DNA of 64,000 bases from a virus. How positions within the stretch are numbered: position 1 is the first letter of the stretch; every line of letters starts with the position of its first letter. Shown one piece after another: positions 1 through 10,242 of this stretch. A program made the position numbers and the translations under genes. The notes beneath the pieces are model-generated. The model did not search any database, was not told the DNA's origin, and was given only the letters and a program-made list of their open reading frames with translations. Location of the stretch: positions 7,497-71,496 of the IMG/VR virus record IMGVR_UViG_3300031703_000003; one strand, 5' to 3'.

Positions 1-992
1 TGTCTATAGTCCAACGGCAAATTATACGCATTCATCCATGTTGGCATGTATACAAAATTAGTGAATACAATATTTTTAATAGACTTTGATTTAGCATATT
101 CTAATAAATCAACTATGCCTCCCAAGTTTAGCGCACTGATAGTAACATCTAAGTTTATTTTATCTTTGTAATATTTAGATGCAAGTGAAATGTTGTGATC
201 TAATATATCCCATTGTGTACCAGTTCTTACATATTCGCCTCTTGTGCCAACTGCATCAATACTAATACCAGCGTGCCAATTTGTGAATTTATCCCAATAA
301 TCAAAAATGTGTTTACCTTTGTACTCTAGTTTTAATAGGTTAGTGTTGTATACAATTTTTACATCATACCTGCCTATTCTATCTAGTTCTTCTAGTATAT
401 CCCAATGTATTTTATTAAGTATAGGCTCACCGCCTGCAAAATAAAACTCGTTAATGTATGGTATATTTTCCATAATATCATTGCTAATGTAATCTGCATT
501 TACTTCTAGTACGCCGTTGTTTTTTACACTTGTACCTGGTAAGTGTGTAGTAAACTTTGTATCGTGTTTTAGTGATTCGAGATTCCATAAACTACTAAAT
601 CGCGGAGAACAGCTTAAACATTTCATATTGCATATATTACTTTGACGTATGTCAACTATTCCCAGTCTGTCGTTTAATAATTCTGCTCTATCGTTATCTA
701 CAATTTCTTGATAGTAATCCGAATGCATATTATTTGAATGCTGACGCAAACTCATCACACCATCTTTTTCATCATCCCAGCATATTTTGCAACTCTCTGG
801 TTCAACACCATTGAGCATGTCTTGTCTTACTTTATTCCATTCTACACTGTGTCGTATATCGTGTATACTATTATCTGCTGACACTATGTCATTGTGATGT
901 GGCAATTGTCTTTGTTGCTTGCAACACATAGTAACGTCACTGTTAGGAGTTATATGTAATCCTTTCCAAGCGTATGTGCATATCTTATTCAT
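1..992 (-). CDS. Radical SAM protein with N-terminal SPASM/twitch-like Cys cluster (partial, runs off window start; not in ORF track)
   Basis: Manual translation from ATG at 992: MNKICTYAWKGLHITPNSDVTMCCKQ...CKICW...RQSNICNMKCLSCSPRFSS (CxxxCxxC)...FAGGEP. ATGA overlap with the upstream stop. Confidence 0.85.
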   Translation of the reverse strand, partial: MNKICTYAWKGLHITPNSDVTMCCKQQRQLPHHNDIVSADNSIHDIRHSVEWNKVRQDMLNGVEPESCKICWDDEKDGVMSLRQHSNNMHSDYYQEIVDNDRAELLNDRLGIVDIRQSNICNMKCLSCSPRFSSLWNLESLKHDTKFTTHLPGTSVKNNGVLEVNADYISNDIMENIPYINEFYFAGGEPILNKIHWDILEELDRIGRYDVKIVYNTNLLKLEYKGKHIFDYWDKFTNWHAGISIDAVGTRGEYVRTGTQWDILDHNISLASKYYKDKINLDVTISALNLGGIVDLLEYAKSKSIKNIVFTNFVYMPTWMNAYNLPLDYR

Positions 993-1513
993 GTGCTTTT
1001 CCATTTAACGCTACACCCGAAACTTGGATTAGGTTTCCAATTAATTGGCTTACCGACTAATGTTAAGTCTAGTGCATGTCTTAAACTGCTACCAGATGGC
1101 ATTAACTTGTTACTTGTGTGACTTGGATCTAGTTCACCATGGTATACTATAATACCTTCTTCGTTAACAATGTAAAACTCAGGAGTACAGATTGCGCCAT
1201 ACTCGTGTGCTATACTCTGATCTTCATCAAACACATAAGCACATTCTAAATCCCACTTTTCTACAAATGCTGGCATCAGCTCTTCTGCGTCCTCTGGGCT
1301 GCTATCATCTGTTGTCGGGCTTGCGTCATTGCTGTTCACTGCTACAATTCTAACTTGATCTTTGTAGTCCTTGACCAACTGGCTGATTGCTGGCATTCTA
1401 AATAATACATATGGACAATGATTGCAGATGATCATTATGAGATTAACCCTGTTAGGTTTAACTAAAAGTGTTGGAGTTTCTCCGATCATGTTACTGCTTG
1501 TTATTAGTGCCAT
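989..1513 (-). CDS. Thioredoxin-fold redoxin (AhpC/TSA-like)
   Basis: CNHCPYV CxxC motif, AVNSND, A.CTPEF, YHG.LD, GCSVKW C-terminus. Confidence 0.85.
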   Translation of the reverse strand: MALITSSNMIGETPTLLVKPNRVNLIMIICNHCPYVLFRMPAISQLVKDYKDQVRIVAVNSNDASPTTDDSSPEDAEELMPAFVEKWDLECAYVFDEDQSIAHEYGAICTPEFYIVNEEGIIVYHGELDPSHTSNKLMPSGSSLRHALDLTLVGKPINWKPNPSFGCSVKWKST

Positions 1514-1514
1514 G

Positions 1515-2600
1515 TTACGATTCTCCTTGAAGTGAGGTATTGCTTATTAAGTGATGGAAGTTATGCGACACATTTGGATGCGAGTTTATAATTTCCAGTT
1601 GTTCTAAGAATTCATTGTGCTGTGCATGTAACGGATCAAACACACTAATAGCAGTTACATGCTCTTGTGTAAAAGCACCAGTTTCCCAATAAACATGTTG
1701 TCTAAAGTTAATAGTAAAATCTCCCATCATGTTTTTTGTAATACTGTTAATTAATTCTATTGCCTGATTCATTTCTTTGAAGTTGTACTGGCTTACTACA
1801 TAACTAAAAACAAAATGTCGTTTCATATCCGTTAAGCCAACTAAGAATTTAATATTAGCAATCAACGAATCCCATACGCCGCCCAACCGTGTAACATTTT
1901 CATAAGTCTCTTTTGTACCTGCATCTAAACTGATGTCAAGAATTTTAATATATTCTTGACAGTTAAAGCTATTCCACATTTTCTCGTTAAGTAATACACC
2001 GTTGGTAACTAATTGAATTGCATCAATGTTTGGATATTTTAATGCATCAAAGTTAATTAAAAAGTCTCTGTATATTTTACTATAGATAGGATCACCAGAA
2101 CCCGTTAACATGATTTGTTTAATGCTATCACCAAAGGTATCTTCAATCTCATCTTGCACTGATTGTTTGTTCTTGTGTGCTACGCTGTTTACATTGTCAT
2201 TTGGAATGATATCAAATCTACAACTAGGGCACTTCATGTTACAGCTTCTATCCTGTCCGTATAATATAGTTTCTACCATTGGAACTGCTGGCGGCACAAA
2301 GTTTTCTTTTAATTTAAAGTTGTAAGTTTCATTTGTCCTGCCAGCAATAACTTCACTTAGGTCGGGACACAGTGTGTGATCGCAATAACTGTAACTACCG
2401 TCCAACACACTTTCTCGGATCTTTTCTGCTGTTTCTCCAAACCATCCTTTAGTAATAGACACTTCGTCTGGCGAGCCTACATTATTAATACTAGTCGGCA
2501 GCCAACTTGGACAACACATATACGAGCCGAAGTGATTCACATCCAAGTAGTTCCATGGTTTAGTACATACCCATTTTTTTAATGTTTCTTCTTTTGACAT
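1515..2600 (-). CDS. Radical SAM protein
   Basis: CNMKCPSC motif, GSGDP, TNG, N-terminal C..PW...CC cluster. Confidence 0.85.
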   Translation of the reverse strand: MSKEETLKKWVCTKPWNYLDVNHFGSYMCCPSWLPTSINNVGSPDEVSITKGWFGETAEKIRESVLDGSYSYCDHTLCPDLSEVIAGRTNETYNFKLKENFVPPAVPMVETILYGQDRSCNMKCPSCRFDIIPNDNVNSVAHKNKQSVQDEIEDTFGDSIKQIMLTGSGDPIYSKIYRDFLINFDALKYPNIDAIQLVTNGVLLNEKMWNSFNCQEYIKILDISLDAGTKETYENVTRLGGVWDSLIANIKFLVGLTDMKRHFVFSYVVSQYNFKEMNQAIELINSITKNMMGDFTINFRQHVYWETGAFTQEHVTAISVFDPLHAQHNEFLEQLEIINSHPNVSHNFHHLISNTSLQGES

Positions 2601-3811
2601 TATTCCTCCGAAGCTGTTATCTTGAGCAAGACAGGTGATCTGTTCTTACAAGTAAACAAATGTTCTCTGTTGCTAATTAATCTATCTGTAATCTGTGCGT
2701 ATATTTCCAACCAATCAGAATGGCTAAGATTGCACAAGCGAGTAACTTCATGGAATGTTGCATTCATTCGTGCTGCTGGATCAGTAATAATGTCATAACT
2801 ATGATCTATAAAATCATCAAATACATCATATCCAAACTCGCGTAACGCTTGCACACTATATGGCTCTGCAAACATTACAAACGGTTGTAGCCAAGCTATT
2901 GCTTTAAATGTTTTTTCACTATGAAATATTGTATTTTCTGTATAGTTTGTTTCCACGATCATCTCAAAGTACGAATCCAAATGTGCATTTAATAATTCAT
3001 TACTAACAGTTCGTGCTTGATTCTTTGTCAAATCAACCTGCTCGTGGAATAAATGCTTCTCTCCATGTCGTACAACCCATGCTGTAAGTTCTTCTACGTT
3101 ATGTCCCCATATCCTTGCAGTTTTATTAATAGTATTATAAAAGCCATTTATTGTAAAATTTAATCCTGCGCCATGTTGCGTAACTACTCCAAAACTATAG
3201 TTAATGTCGTTTTGCAAATTTAAATCATTTATTTTCTTAACAATCTCTATGCGAGCTGGACGTGTTAATCTGTTCTTACATATTGCTTTAAATTTAGCTG
3301 GGCCTTTTGGAAATAGCTTTGATTTTGTATACTGTTCTTCTATATACGTGTCACAGTCTGCTCGACGATTAGCAACTGTAAGTTCCCAATAATTAGCATA
3401 CTGCGAAGATACAATATGTTTAGTACCTTGTTTGTAGTCACCTGAAAAGTAAATAGTACTATCTGCAAACTCGCCTAAGAATTTTTTAAATCTGTGTGCA
3501 TCAAAGAACACAGCCGGAAATCCTTCAAGTGAATGATCTAATATAATTTTACAACGACCTTGTCGAATGTCAGTTGCTACGTCGTCTGGCACATATAATT
3601 GTTCAGTGTTGCCGCCTCTGGCACACACATCTAGTAACTGAAATGTAGCATTGTCTGTATATATGTAATAGTAATAAAATGTGCTAGGACGCGTATACGT
3701 TATGTTCATTTTTAAAAATGTTGCAATTGCTTGTCCACCGTTGTCTATTAATAATGTATTCTTAATTAATTGATTTGTTGTCTTTGTATGATCAGTGATA
3801 TATAATTGCAT
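2600..3811 (-). CDS. Hypothetical protein, possibly glycosyltransferase-like; paralog of 5681-6964
   Basis: C-terminal VET...SEKTFKAI...PF...LR..G...F...ID.SYD block. Start moved to ATG 3811 because the longer ORF overlaps the divergent epimerase. Confidence 0.55.
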   Translation of the reverse strand: MQLYITDHTKTTNQLIKNTLLIDNGGQAIATFLKMNITYTRPSTFYYYYIYTDNATFQLLDVCARGGNTEQLYVPDDVATDIRQGRCKIILDHSLEGFPAVFFDAHRFKKFLGEFADSTIYFSGDYKQGTKHIVSSQYANYWELTVANRRADCDTYIEEQYTKSKLFPKGPAKFKAICKNRLTRPARIEIVKKINDLNLQNDINYSFGVVTQHGAGLNFTINGFYNTINKTARIWGHNVEELTAWVVRHGEKHLFHEQVDLTKNQARTVSNELLNAHLDSYFEMIVETNYTENTIFHSEKTFKAIAWLQPFVMFAEPYSVQALREFGYDVFDDFIDHSYDIITDPAARMNATFHEVTRLCNLSHSDWLEIYAQITDRLISNREHLFTCKNRSPVLLKITASEE

Positions 3812-3816
3812 ACAAC

Positions 3817-3831
3817 TATTTATGATAAATA
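3817..3831. promoter_or_regulatory. Back-to-back T4-type late promoter boxes (TATTTAT-G-ATAAATA)
   Basis: Perfect 7-bp inverted repeat of ATAAATA in the 46-bp gap between divergent genes. Confidence 0.6.
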
Positions 3832-3857
3832 TATTAGTAGTTAATGAAAGGATTAAT

Positions 3858-4703
3858 ATGATTTTAATAACAGGAGCCAATGGCTTTATTGGAAAACGCT
3901 TACGCGAATACGTAGATTGCATCACAGTTGATTATGATAAATGTGATTACAATGGCGACTTGTCTGACCCAGACTTTATAAAAACTCTGCCAGATGTTGA
4001 TACGGTTATTCATTTAGCTGCGTTTAACAGTACAAAGAACTTTTATAGCACTCCGTTTAGTGTTATTGATAGTATTGTTACTCCCACAATGAATTTACTC
4101 AAACGTTATCCAACTGCACACTTTGTGTATGCTAGTAGCAGCGAAGGATATGCTAGCACAGTTAATCAAGGATGGGCGCCCGTGCCTACGCCAGAGGATG
4201 TAGCACTTACAATAGAAGATATTACTAATCCACGATGGTGTTATGCTAGTGGCAAAATTGCAATGGAGAGTGCTGTTATTAGTAACAGCATTGAACACAA
4301 TAGCACATATACTATCATACGATTCCATAACGTATACGGGCCTGGACAATTGAATCATTTTATTCCCGAGTTTGTGGATCGTTTAAAACAAGGCAACAGT
4401 GTACTATACGGACACAGCGACACAAGAAGTTTCTGTTACATAGACGATGCATGTGAACTTATTAAGAATGTGTATGACACTAAGAACGAAATTATTAACA
4501 TTGGATCTGATGCTGAAACGACTATACTAGATGTAGCACATCTAATAATGGAATTAATGAACATAGACATTACGACACTTAAACTGGAAAATGGACAAGT
4601 AGGAAGTACGCCGCGGAGGGCGCCTGACATTACTAAACTACGTACAATTGTTCCAGACTTTAAATACATGAGCCTTCGAGCAGGATTAATAAAATGCTTA
4701 TAA
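3858..4703 (+). CDS. NAD-dependent nucleotide-sugar epimerase/dehydratase (extended SDR)
   Basis: ILITGANGFIG Rossmann motif, HLAA, YASGK (YxxxK), RFHNVYGP, RSFCYIDD; AAGGA RBS before ATG 3858. Confidence 0.9.
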   Translation: MILITGANGFIGKRLREYVDCITVDYDKCDYNGDLSDPDFIKTLPDVDTVIHLAAFNSTKNFYSTPFSVIDSIVTPTMNLLKRYPTAHFVYASSSEGYASTVNQGWAPVPTPEDVALTIEDITNPRWCYASGKIAMESAVISNSIEHNSTYTIIRFHNVYGPGQLNHFIPEFVDRLKQGNSVLYGHSDTRSFCYIDDACELIKNVYDTKNEIINIGSDAETTILDVAHLIMELMNIDITTLKLENGQVGSTPRRAPDITKLRTIVPDFKYMSLRAGLIKCL

Positions 4704-4712
4704 GTATCTAAC

Positions 4713-5696
4713 ATGAAAATACATTGGAGCAATGGACAAGTAGCTAATATAGAATTAATTAAAAATGATTTTGTAGAATATTGGCACAGCATTGCTGCTC
4801 CGTTGGAAGCAGCTAATAAACGAATCAATACCTGGCACTGGCATGAGATACCTAGCAAGTTAGTACCAGATGAAAGTGATTATATTGTCCGTGCAACACA
4901 GATTAAAAAATTCAATGACAACGTAGATTTACTTGCAAACAAGCATGGCATACATTTCCCAGGCAAGATGTATGCTGATCAACCTCAGATATTTTTAAAC
5001 AAAATACATCATTATATCACACATGGTGCATTTACTCGTAAGTGGTGGGATTTACCCAACGCTAGTATTGCTGATATGGTAAACGCAAAGTACACACACT
5101 GGCGAGAGTACGATTGGGATAAGCATCATGGAACATATGATTTTGATTTAACAAACAAAGACGATATTGAAATTTCTAGGATATTGTTTGAAATGAATTG
5201 TGAGATTCATGAATACGAGGAGACTATTATAACGCCACGTAAAGAAGAATTGTTTGATATGGGATTTAAACAACAAGATGGAGACCATATCATTCAACGG
5301 TGGAGTAACAATGATAATAGTCTAAGAATGTTTGACACATATATAATTGACAACCAGTATAGAAAATATTGCACATTTGACACTGATCCAGACTTATGGT
5401 TACCGTTTAGTGTGTTAGGCAAAGAATATCTTACATGCTGGCTAGACATGGACAACCCATTGCCGTTTGATGTTACTAACATAGATCATCACGCTCACAT
5501 TGGATTCGAATGGCAACCGAATAGTTTTAGTGTACAAGTATTAGGACATGCTAATTTTAAACAATACCTAAACGATCATCACGTACCGCATGATGAATTT
5601 ATTATAGGCAAGATTCCATTAGGGTACTGTACTAATAAAAGTGAATTAGACTTAGATGAAATTAGTCGTAGTAACGTTACTCACGTAGAAATGTAA
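4713..5696 (+). CDS. Hypothetical protein
   Basis: 327-aa ORF 9 bp downstream of the epimerase; no motif recognised. Confidence 0.7.
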   Translation: MKIHWSNGQVANIELIKNDFVEYWHSIAAPLEAANKRINTWHWHEIPSKLVPDESDYIVRATQIKKFNDNVDLLANKHGIHFPGKMYADQPQIFLNKIHHYITHGAFTRKWWDLPNASIADMVNAKYTHWREYDWDKHHGTYDFDLTNKDDIEISRILFEMNCEIHEYEETIITPRKEELFDMGFKQQDGDHIIQRWSNNDNSLRMFDTYIIDNQYRKYCTFDTDPDLWLPFSVLGKEYLTCWLDMDNPLPFDVTNIDHHAHIGFEWQPNSFSVQVLGHANFKQYLNDHHVPHDEFIIGKIPLGYCTNKSELDLDEISRSNVTHVEM

Positions 5697-6964
5697 TTTA
5701 TATATTTTGCAAAAATATTTTCTTCAATTGGTGCAATATCAAACAAGTGCTTTAAATTATAATCCAATGTTTCTTTTAAATGGTCGGTAATAATATGCGA
5801 GTGGTGTATTTTTCCTAAATGTTCAACTTGTGTTAGCACAGCATCCCATCGCTCTGCATCATCTTCAATGTCGTCATAACTTTCATCTATTATATTTCCA
5901 AACGTTTTAAATCCTTTGCTACGTAATAACGATAGGCTACCTCGACATCCTACTATTAAAAATGGGGTGCTGTGTAAGATAGAAGCTAGCACTGCATCGC
6001 TTATAAATAATTTTCTACCTTCTGCCCAAGTTTCGGTTACTAAACAAAACGCGCTGTTATGATAGTGTGAGCGTATACTGCTTATGGAATCTGCACCAGC
6101 GCAATAGTCTGTATTAAAATCAACATCATCTAGTTTACGTGGCAATGTGTCATGTAGTTCATACATGTGCTTTTTAATATCATGCCAGTCGAATGTATTG
6201 TTTCTATCAAAATAATCAGGCCAGTTGTCCTTCCTAGATTTTAATTTACCAAACGCATCAATTATAGTAGACGCTGGAAGGCCAGATATTTCTTTTGGAA
6301 AACTAAAACAAATGTTACTGAATGCGTCTGCACTGTTTTGTTCTTGCATTTTCTTTAAACGCGAGACAGTATATCCTCTATGTGCTTTGGGAAATCTATT
6401 AGGACATATTAAGAAGTTAGATGGCGCGGTATTGTGATTACGTGCAAAGTGTGCAGCGTTATTAATAGAAGTGCTAACAATGTTAACAAAGCTCCACATA
6501 AACATACAAAAACTTTTTACATTTATTTCGCTGTGGTTGCAATACTCTTCAGCGTTCATGTCTCCAGTAAGCCATGTAATTTGCTTACAATCAATTCCAC
6601 GTCGACGAGCATTAGATGCTAATGACAAATGTAAATTTGCACTCTCAACATGATTGATTGTGTTGTCATATACAGGTCCCCAGCTTTCTTCCATTGTATC
6701 TATAACAATGTGTATACGCTTTTGATTTATTAAAGGAACCCAGTCAACTGGTATGCAATCTAAAACAGTTCCGTCATATATAGTACTCACGGGCTTGCGC
6801 AAACAGTCGCCGTGGTGCTTCAGCCATATAATTTGAGTATCGTGATTTGTAATGTCAAACTGAGTCGATGTGTTAACTGACATACGTGTACCGTATAATA
6901 CACCGCCAAGCGCAACATCAAACCAGTCTGTATTGGATATCCTAAGAAGGTTGATTGGCTTCAT
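5681..6964 (-). CDS. Hypothetical protein, possibly glycosyltransferase-like; paralog of 2600-3811
   Basis: C-terminal LVTET...FISD...PF..VG..GSL..LR..GFKTF..IIDESYD block shared with 2600-3811. Confidence 0.55.
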   Translation of the reverse strand: MKPINLLRISNTDWFDVALGGVLYGTRMSVNTSTQFDITNHDTQIIWLKHHGDCLRKPVSTIYDGTVLDCIPVDWVPLINQKRIHIVIDTMEESWGPVYDNTINHVESANLHLSLASNARRRGIDCKQITWLTGDMNAEEYCNHSEINVKSFCMFMWSFVNIVSTSINNAAHFARNHNTAPSNFLICPNRFPKAHRGYTVSRLKKMQEQNSADAFSNICFSFPKEISGLPASTIIDAFGKLKSRKDNWPDYFDRNNTFDWHDIKKHMYELHDTLPRKLDDVDFNTDYCAGADSISSIRSHYHNSAFCLVTETWAEGRKLFISDAVLASILHSTPFLIVGCRGSLSLLRSKGFKTFGNIIDESYDDIEDDAERWDAVLTQVEHLGKIHHSHIITDHLKETLDYNLKHLFDIAPIEENIFAKYINYIST

Positions 6965-8513
6965 GCTTAGTAGTCTCTAGTATACAAATTTCAAAAAACT
7001 CTTTCATTTCAGGAAATGTTTCTAAGAAATTTAGATTCCTACGTTTGTCATACTCTTCTACAAACTTAACAAAATTAATACGCTTCATTGATATTGATTG
7101 ATTAGTTGAGGTATTGTCTGGAGCTGTTTGATCTTTTATTTGCTGTAGTATATCAATTAATATTCTTCGTAGCTTCAGCGACTCGTTAGCTTCGAACCCC
7201 ATTAATTCATCCCAGCCTGGGTTAGTTGTGTTCTTATACATAAACTCTACTGCTGGAAACAAATAGTCTTGCACTAATGCTAACGTAATTATGTTTGCAT
7301 CTAAAAATTCAGGGTGCCTTACATACGGAATATCAATTCCGACACGCGAAGCCTTTCCACTTGGTCTGCCTATATGTAACGGAGATTTGTATCGACCTAG
7401 TTCAGCTGAAACATCAAGTCCGCATTCTTCAAACCACTTAACAAGACCATTTATGTTATAAGATTGTTTTAAGAATAAAACATACTCTAGTAATTTCTTA
7501 AATGATGTTATGCTAAACACGTTGAACGCAGACATAAATGTAATTCTACTATTGTCGGTATTGTCAAGAAAATATTCTACATTTTCTTTAAACAACTCCC
7601 AGTTCATTCCGTGTCTGCTGTATTCGCATTGGGCGTCAGTTGCCTCGGCACTAACAAACAATGTCATGTTCCTAACACTGTTAGTGTCTGTTAATTGTTT
7701 TGATAGCGTTGTAAATTTTGTCCAAAGTTTTTCTGGAACACATGCATTGCTGTTTACTGCAAACTCTAAATTTGGATTTGGATTCTCTAAAAGATATTCC
7801 ATTACTTTAAACGTGTGCTTACTCATTAGAGGCTCGCCGCCTGTTACTCTAAAAGTGTGCATAGACTTTGATGCTTCAGGAAACCATTTCCAAAAAGCCT
7901 CGGTGTATGGATTATCCTCTTTGTCTTTGTATTGTGCTTTACCAAGTGCGTTAAACGTAGAGCCGTTTACTTTATACGGACCGTGTGTTGTTATTTCTTC
8001 TATCCACTTACTACTGAACATTGGTCCACAGTAACTACATTTTAAATTACATACATTACTAAAACTTACTTCTACATACTTAGGCATGACATCTTCGTCA
8101 CCAGTCATTTGTACAATGTCGTCGTGTGAATCTAAACTATAAGAATCTAAACTTTTTAATGTACGGTCACTAAATTCTCCAGTGTTGTCTTCTATTCTCC
8201 AACAAAAGTCACACTCGCTTGGACGCTTGCCTTCTAACATTGTTTTGCGTTGTTGTTTCTTAAATAATGTATTATGTAATGCGCTTGGGTTGTTAGCAAT
8301 TTCTTCTAACGGAATCTTGTGTGCAACTGGATGATGACAACTATGAGTCAGTCCCTGACCTAGGTGCATAGTAACCTGTGTCCATTTTGCTAAACAAAAG
8401 CCCGGGCCTTTGTCGTTTAACAAATCACGCATTGCAATCTTGTTGTCATGATCAGCATAGATGTTACCATCGTTTGCTACAGTCATGTTAGAATCTTTTA
8501 ATTTTTTGCTCAT
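6942..8513 (-). CDS. Radical SAM protein with N-terminal twitch-like domain
   Basis: FCLAKW...SCHHP...ECDFCW, then CNLKCSYC and TGGEP. ATG at 8513 is coupled to the upstream stop. Confidence 0.85.
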   Translation of the reverse strand: MSKKLKDSNMTVANDGNIYADHDNKIAMRDLLNDKGPGFCLAKWTQVTMHLGQGLTHSCHHPVAHKIPLEEIANNPSALHNTLFKKQQRKTMLEGKRPSECDFCWRIEDNTGEFSDRTLKSLDSYSLDSHDDIVQMTGDEDVMPKYVEVSFSNVCNLKCSYCGPMFSSKWIEEITTHGPYKVNGSTFNALGKAQYKDKEDNPYTEAFWKWFPEASKSMHTFRVTGGEPLMSKHTFKVMEYLLENPNPNLEFAVNSNACVPEKLWTKFTTLSKQLTDTNSVRNMTLFVSAEATDAQCEYSRHGMNWELFKENVEYFLDNTDNSRITFMSAFNVFSITSFKKLLEYVLFLKQSYNINGLVKWFEECGLDVSAELGRYKSPLHIGRPSGKASRVGIDIPYVRHPEFLDANIITLALVQDYLFPAVEFMYKNTTNPGWDELMGFEANESLKLRRILIDILQQIKDQTAPDNTSTNQSISMKRINFVKFVEEYDKRRNLNFLETFPEMKEFFEICILETTKHEANQPS

Positions 8514-9256
8514 ACTGTTCGCTCTATGTCCTCTTCGATGCATTTGTCACCTGATTGAATTTCAATAACATGACAGGGCTTGTCTGAATCATTGTATGCC
8601 CTGTGCCAGGCTAGTTTAGGTATCACGTTGATATCACCTACTACGGCAACAGTTGTAATTTCAGTATCATCAAGTTGAATTTTGCATTCACCCTTAATCA
8701 CATGCCACGTCTCGTTGCGAAACGTATGTCGTTGATTACTTAAACTTTTTCCTGGTAAGATAACAAGTTCCTTTACCTTAACAGTTTGTTTGTCATCTAA
8801 TACTCGCCAGTATCCCCATTCTCGTTCAGTCTTCTGTGTTTTCCACTCGTTTAATATCCAACTGCTAGAGTTTTTCTTATTCTCTCCACCAACACCAAAT
8901 ACAAACTCAACATCATCAACTACCATTTCTGGTACATTCTCATTCGTTCTATCTCCGCCATTAGCAAAGACTAATTTATCGTTGGGATAATGCGCTCGTA
9001 CTTGTTTTATGAAGTTTATAGCAGTATCATCATCGTCCATGAATGTGAACACTTCGTCTACCATTGATAGATTATTAACTATACAAAGTCGTTCATTCCA
9101 TGGCATAAAGGCATTACCTTTTTTACGTTCTAACCATTCATCGGAATTTAAGCCAACAATAAGTATATCACCTAATTCTTTGGCTGCTTTAAAATAAGCA
9201 ATATGACCACTATGTAATGGATCAAATCCACCGGTAACTAGTACTATTGTTCTCAT
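8510..9256 (-). CDS. Cytidylyl/adenylyltransferase fused to a mannose-6-phosphate-isomerase-type cupin
   Basis: TGGFDPLHSGH (HxGH), GLNSD, ANGGDR; C-terminal REWG.W...LS.QRH..R.E.W...IEIQ.G...EEDIER. Confidence 0.85.
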   Translation of the reverse strand: MRTIVLVTGGFDPLHSGHIAYFKAAKELGDILIVGLNSDEWLERKKGNAFMPWNERLCIVNNLSMVDEVFTFMDDDDTAINFIKQVRAHYPNDKLVFANGGDRTNENVPEMVVDDVEFVFGVGGENKKNSSSWILNEWKTQKTEREWGYWRVLDDKQTVKVKELVILPGKSLSNQRHTFRNETWHVIKGECKIQLDDTEITTVAVVGDINVIPKLAWHRAYNDSDKPCHVIEIQSGDKCIEEDIERTV

Positions 9257-10242
9257 TCCAGCGTGTCCACTACTTGGTCTTCTCTAATTTGCGCGCCCAT
9301 GCGACTAGGATTGATATATACTTCTTTAAAGAAACGTGAGCCTTCTTTGCCTAAGTCTGCAATTTCAAGATCTAATTCTTTGCGTAAGTCAATGCCTAGT
9401 GCTAGACTTGCTGCTTCAACTGCTTTGTAATCCCATCGTGTGCCTGTGCGCTTGCACATCATGTCATTGGTTTCTGTCTGGAAGTGTGGAAGCACTTCGT
9501 TATTGAAGTAGTCTGTTAGCCATTTAAAGTCTCTGACATTTTTCCAATCCCAGTCAGTGCGAGTGATGTTTGTCATGTGACAGCCAAGCCTTGCGCCGTA
9601 TATTGCCCAGATGCCGTTTTCGCAGTCGTCTCCCACACTCATCCATGTTAGCAAACGTTTGTAGTTCTTAACATGCACTTCTTTCTTTAGGTTAGCAGGA
9701 TTAATGACATCGCCGTCTACTAGTCCCATCTTAACGCCCTCGCGGAACCCAGCGCGCCAGGCTTGCAATGGGCTGCCGTTGTTCATTACATCGCAATACA
9801 CATTGTTCATTTGTACGTAGCTAATGTTCCAACAGAAATCTACCTGAGCACGTTTGTCGCCCGCTGGTGCATTTTCATGTGTCTTCATGTTGTTAACAAC
9901 ATCTTTGGGCCAACACTTAATGCCGCCGTTGCCATACACTAGCCCATTAGTAATATTCTTGCCAGCCCAACTAACAACATCTGTTTCTTTGATTTTGTCC
10001 ATGTCTATCTCAACGCTAAAGAATGCGTCATGTACAATATTATCTGCGTCAATTGTAATAAAGCGATCTGTTTCTGCTAATGCAGCAGCAGCTTTGTGTG
10101 CAGCATCGCTTCCCTCAACTCCGTGGCTACGTTTTGCCCATGGGCATTTGTCTAGTAAGTTTGCGTAGTTTTCATCCGCGTTTGGTTCGTCGTAGCTAAT
10201 ATACACTATGTCAAATTCATTAATGCTAGTCATGTTGCTCAT
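9253..10242 (-). CDS. Putative GT-A-fold glycosyltransferase-like protein
   Basis: ISYDEPNA, IDADN (DxD), YGNGGIK, QAWRAGFREGVK; GGAG RBS before ATG 10242. Confidence 0.6.
   Translation of the reverse strand: MSNMTSINEFDIVYISYDEPNADENYANLLDKCPWAKRSHGVEGSDAAHKAAAALAETDRFITIDADNIVHDAFFSVEIDMDKIKETDVVSWAGKNITNGLVYGNGGIKCWPKDVVNNMKTHENAPAGDKRAQVDFCWNISYVQMNNVYCDVMNNGSPLQAWRAGFREGVKMGLVDGDVINPANLKKEVHVKNYKRLLTWMSVGDDCENGIWAIYGARLGCHMTNITRTDWDWKNVRDFKWLTDYFNNEVLPHFQTETNDMMCKRTGTRWDYKAVEAASLALGIDLRKELDLEIADLGKEGSRFFKEVYINPSRMGAQIREDQVVDTLE

Noticed and set aside
3795-3925. Overlapping N-terminal extensions of divergent ORFs in the ORF track (also at 8543, 29297, 35628)
   Set aside because: These are longest-ORF artefacts; RBS, coupling and motif positions support later starts.
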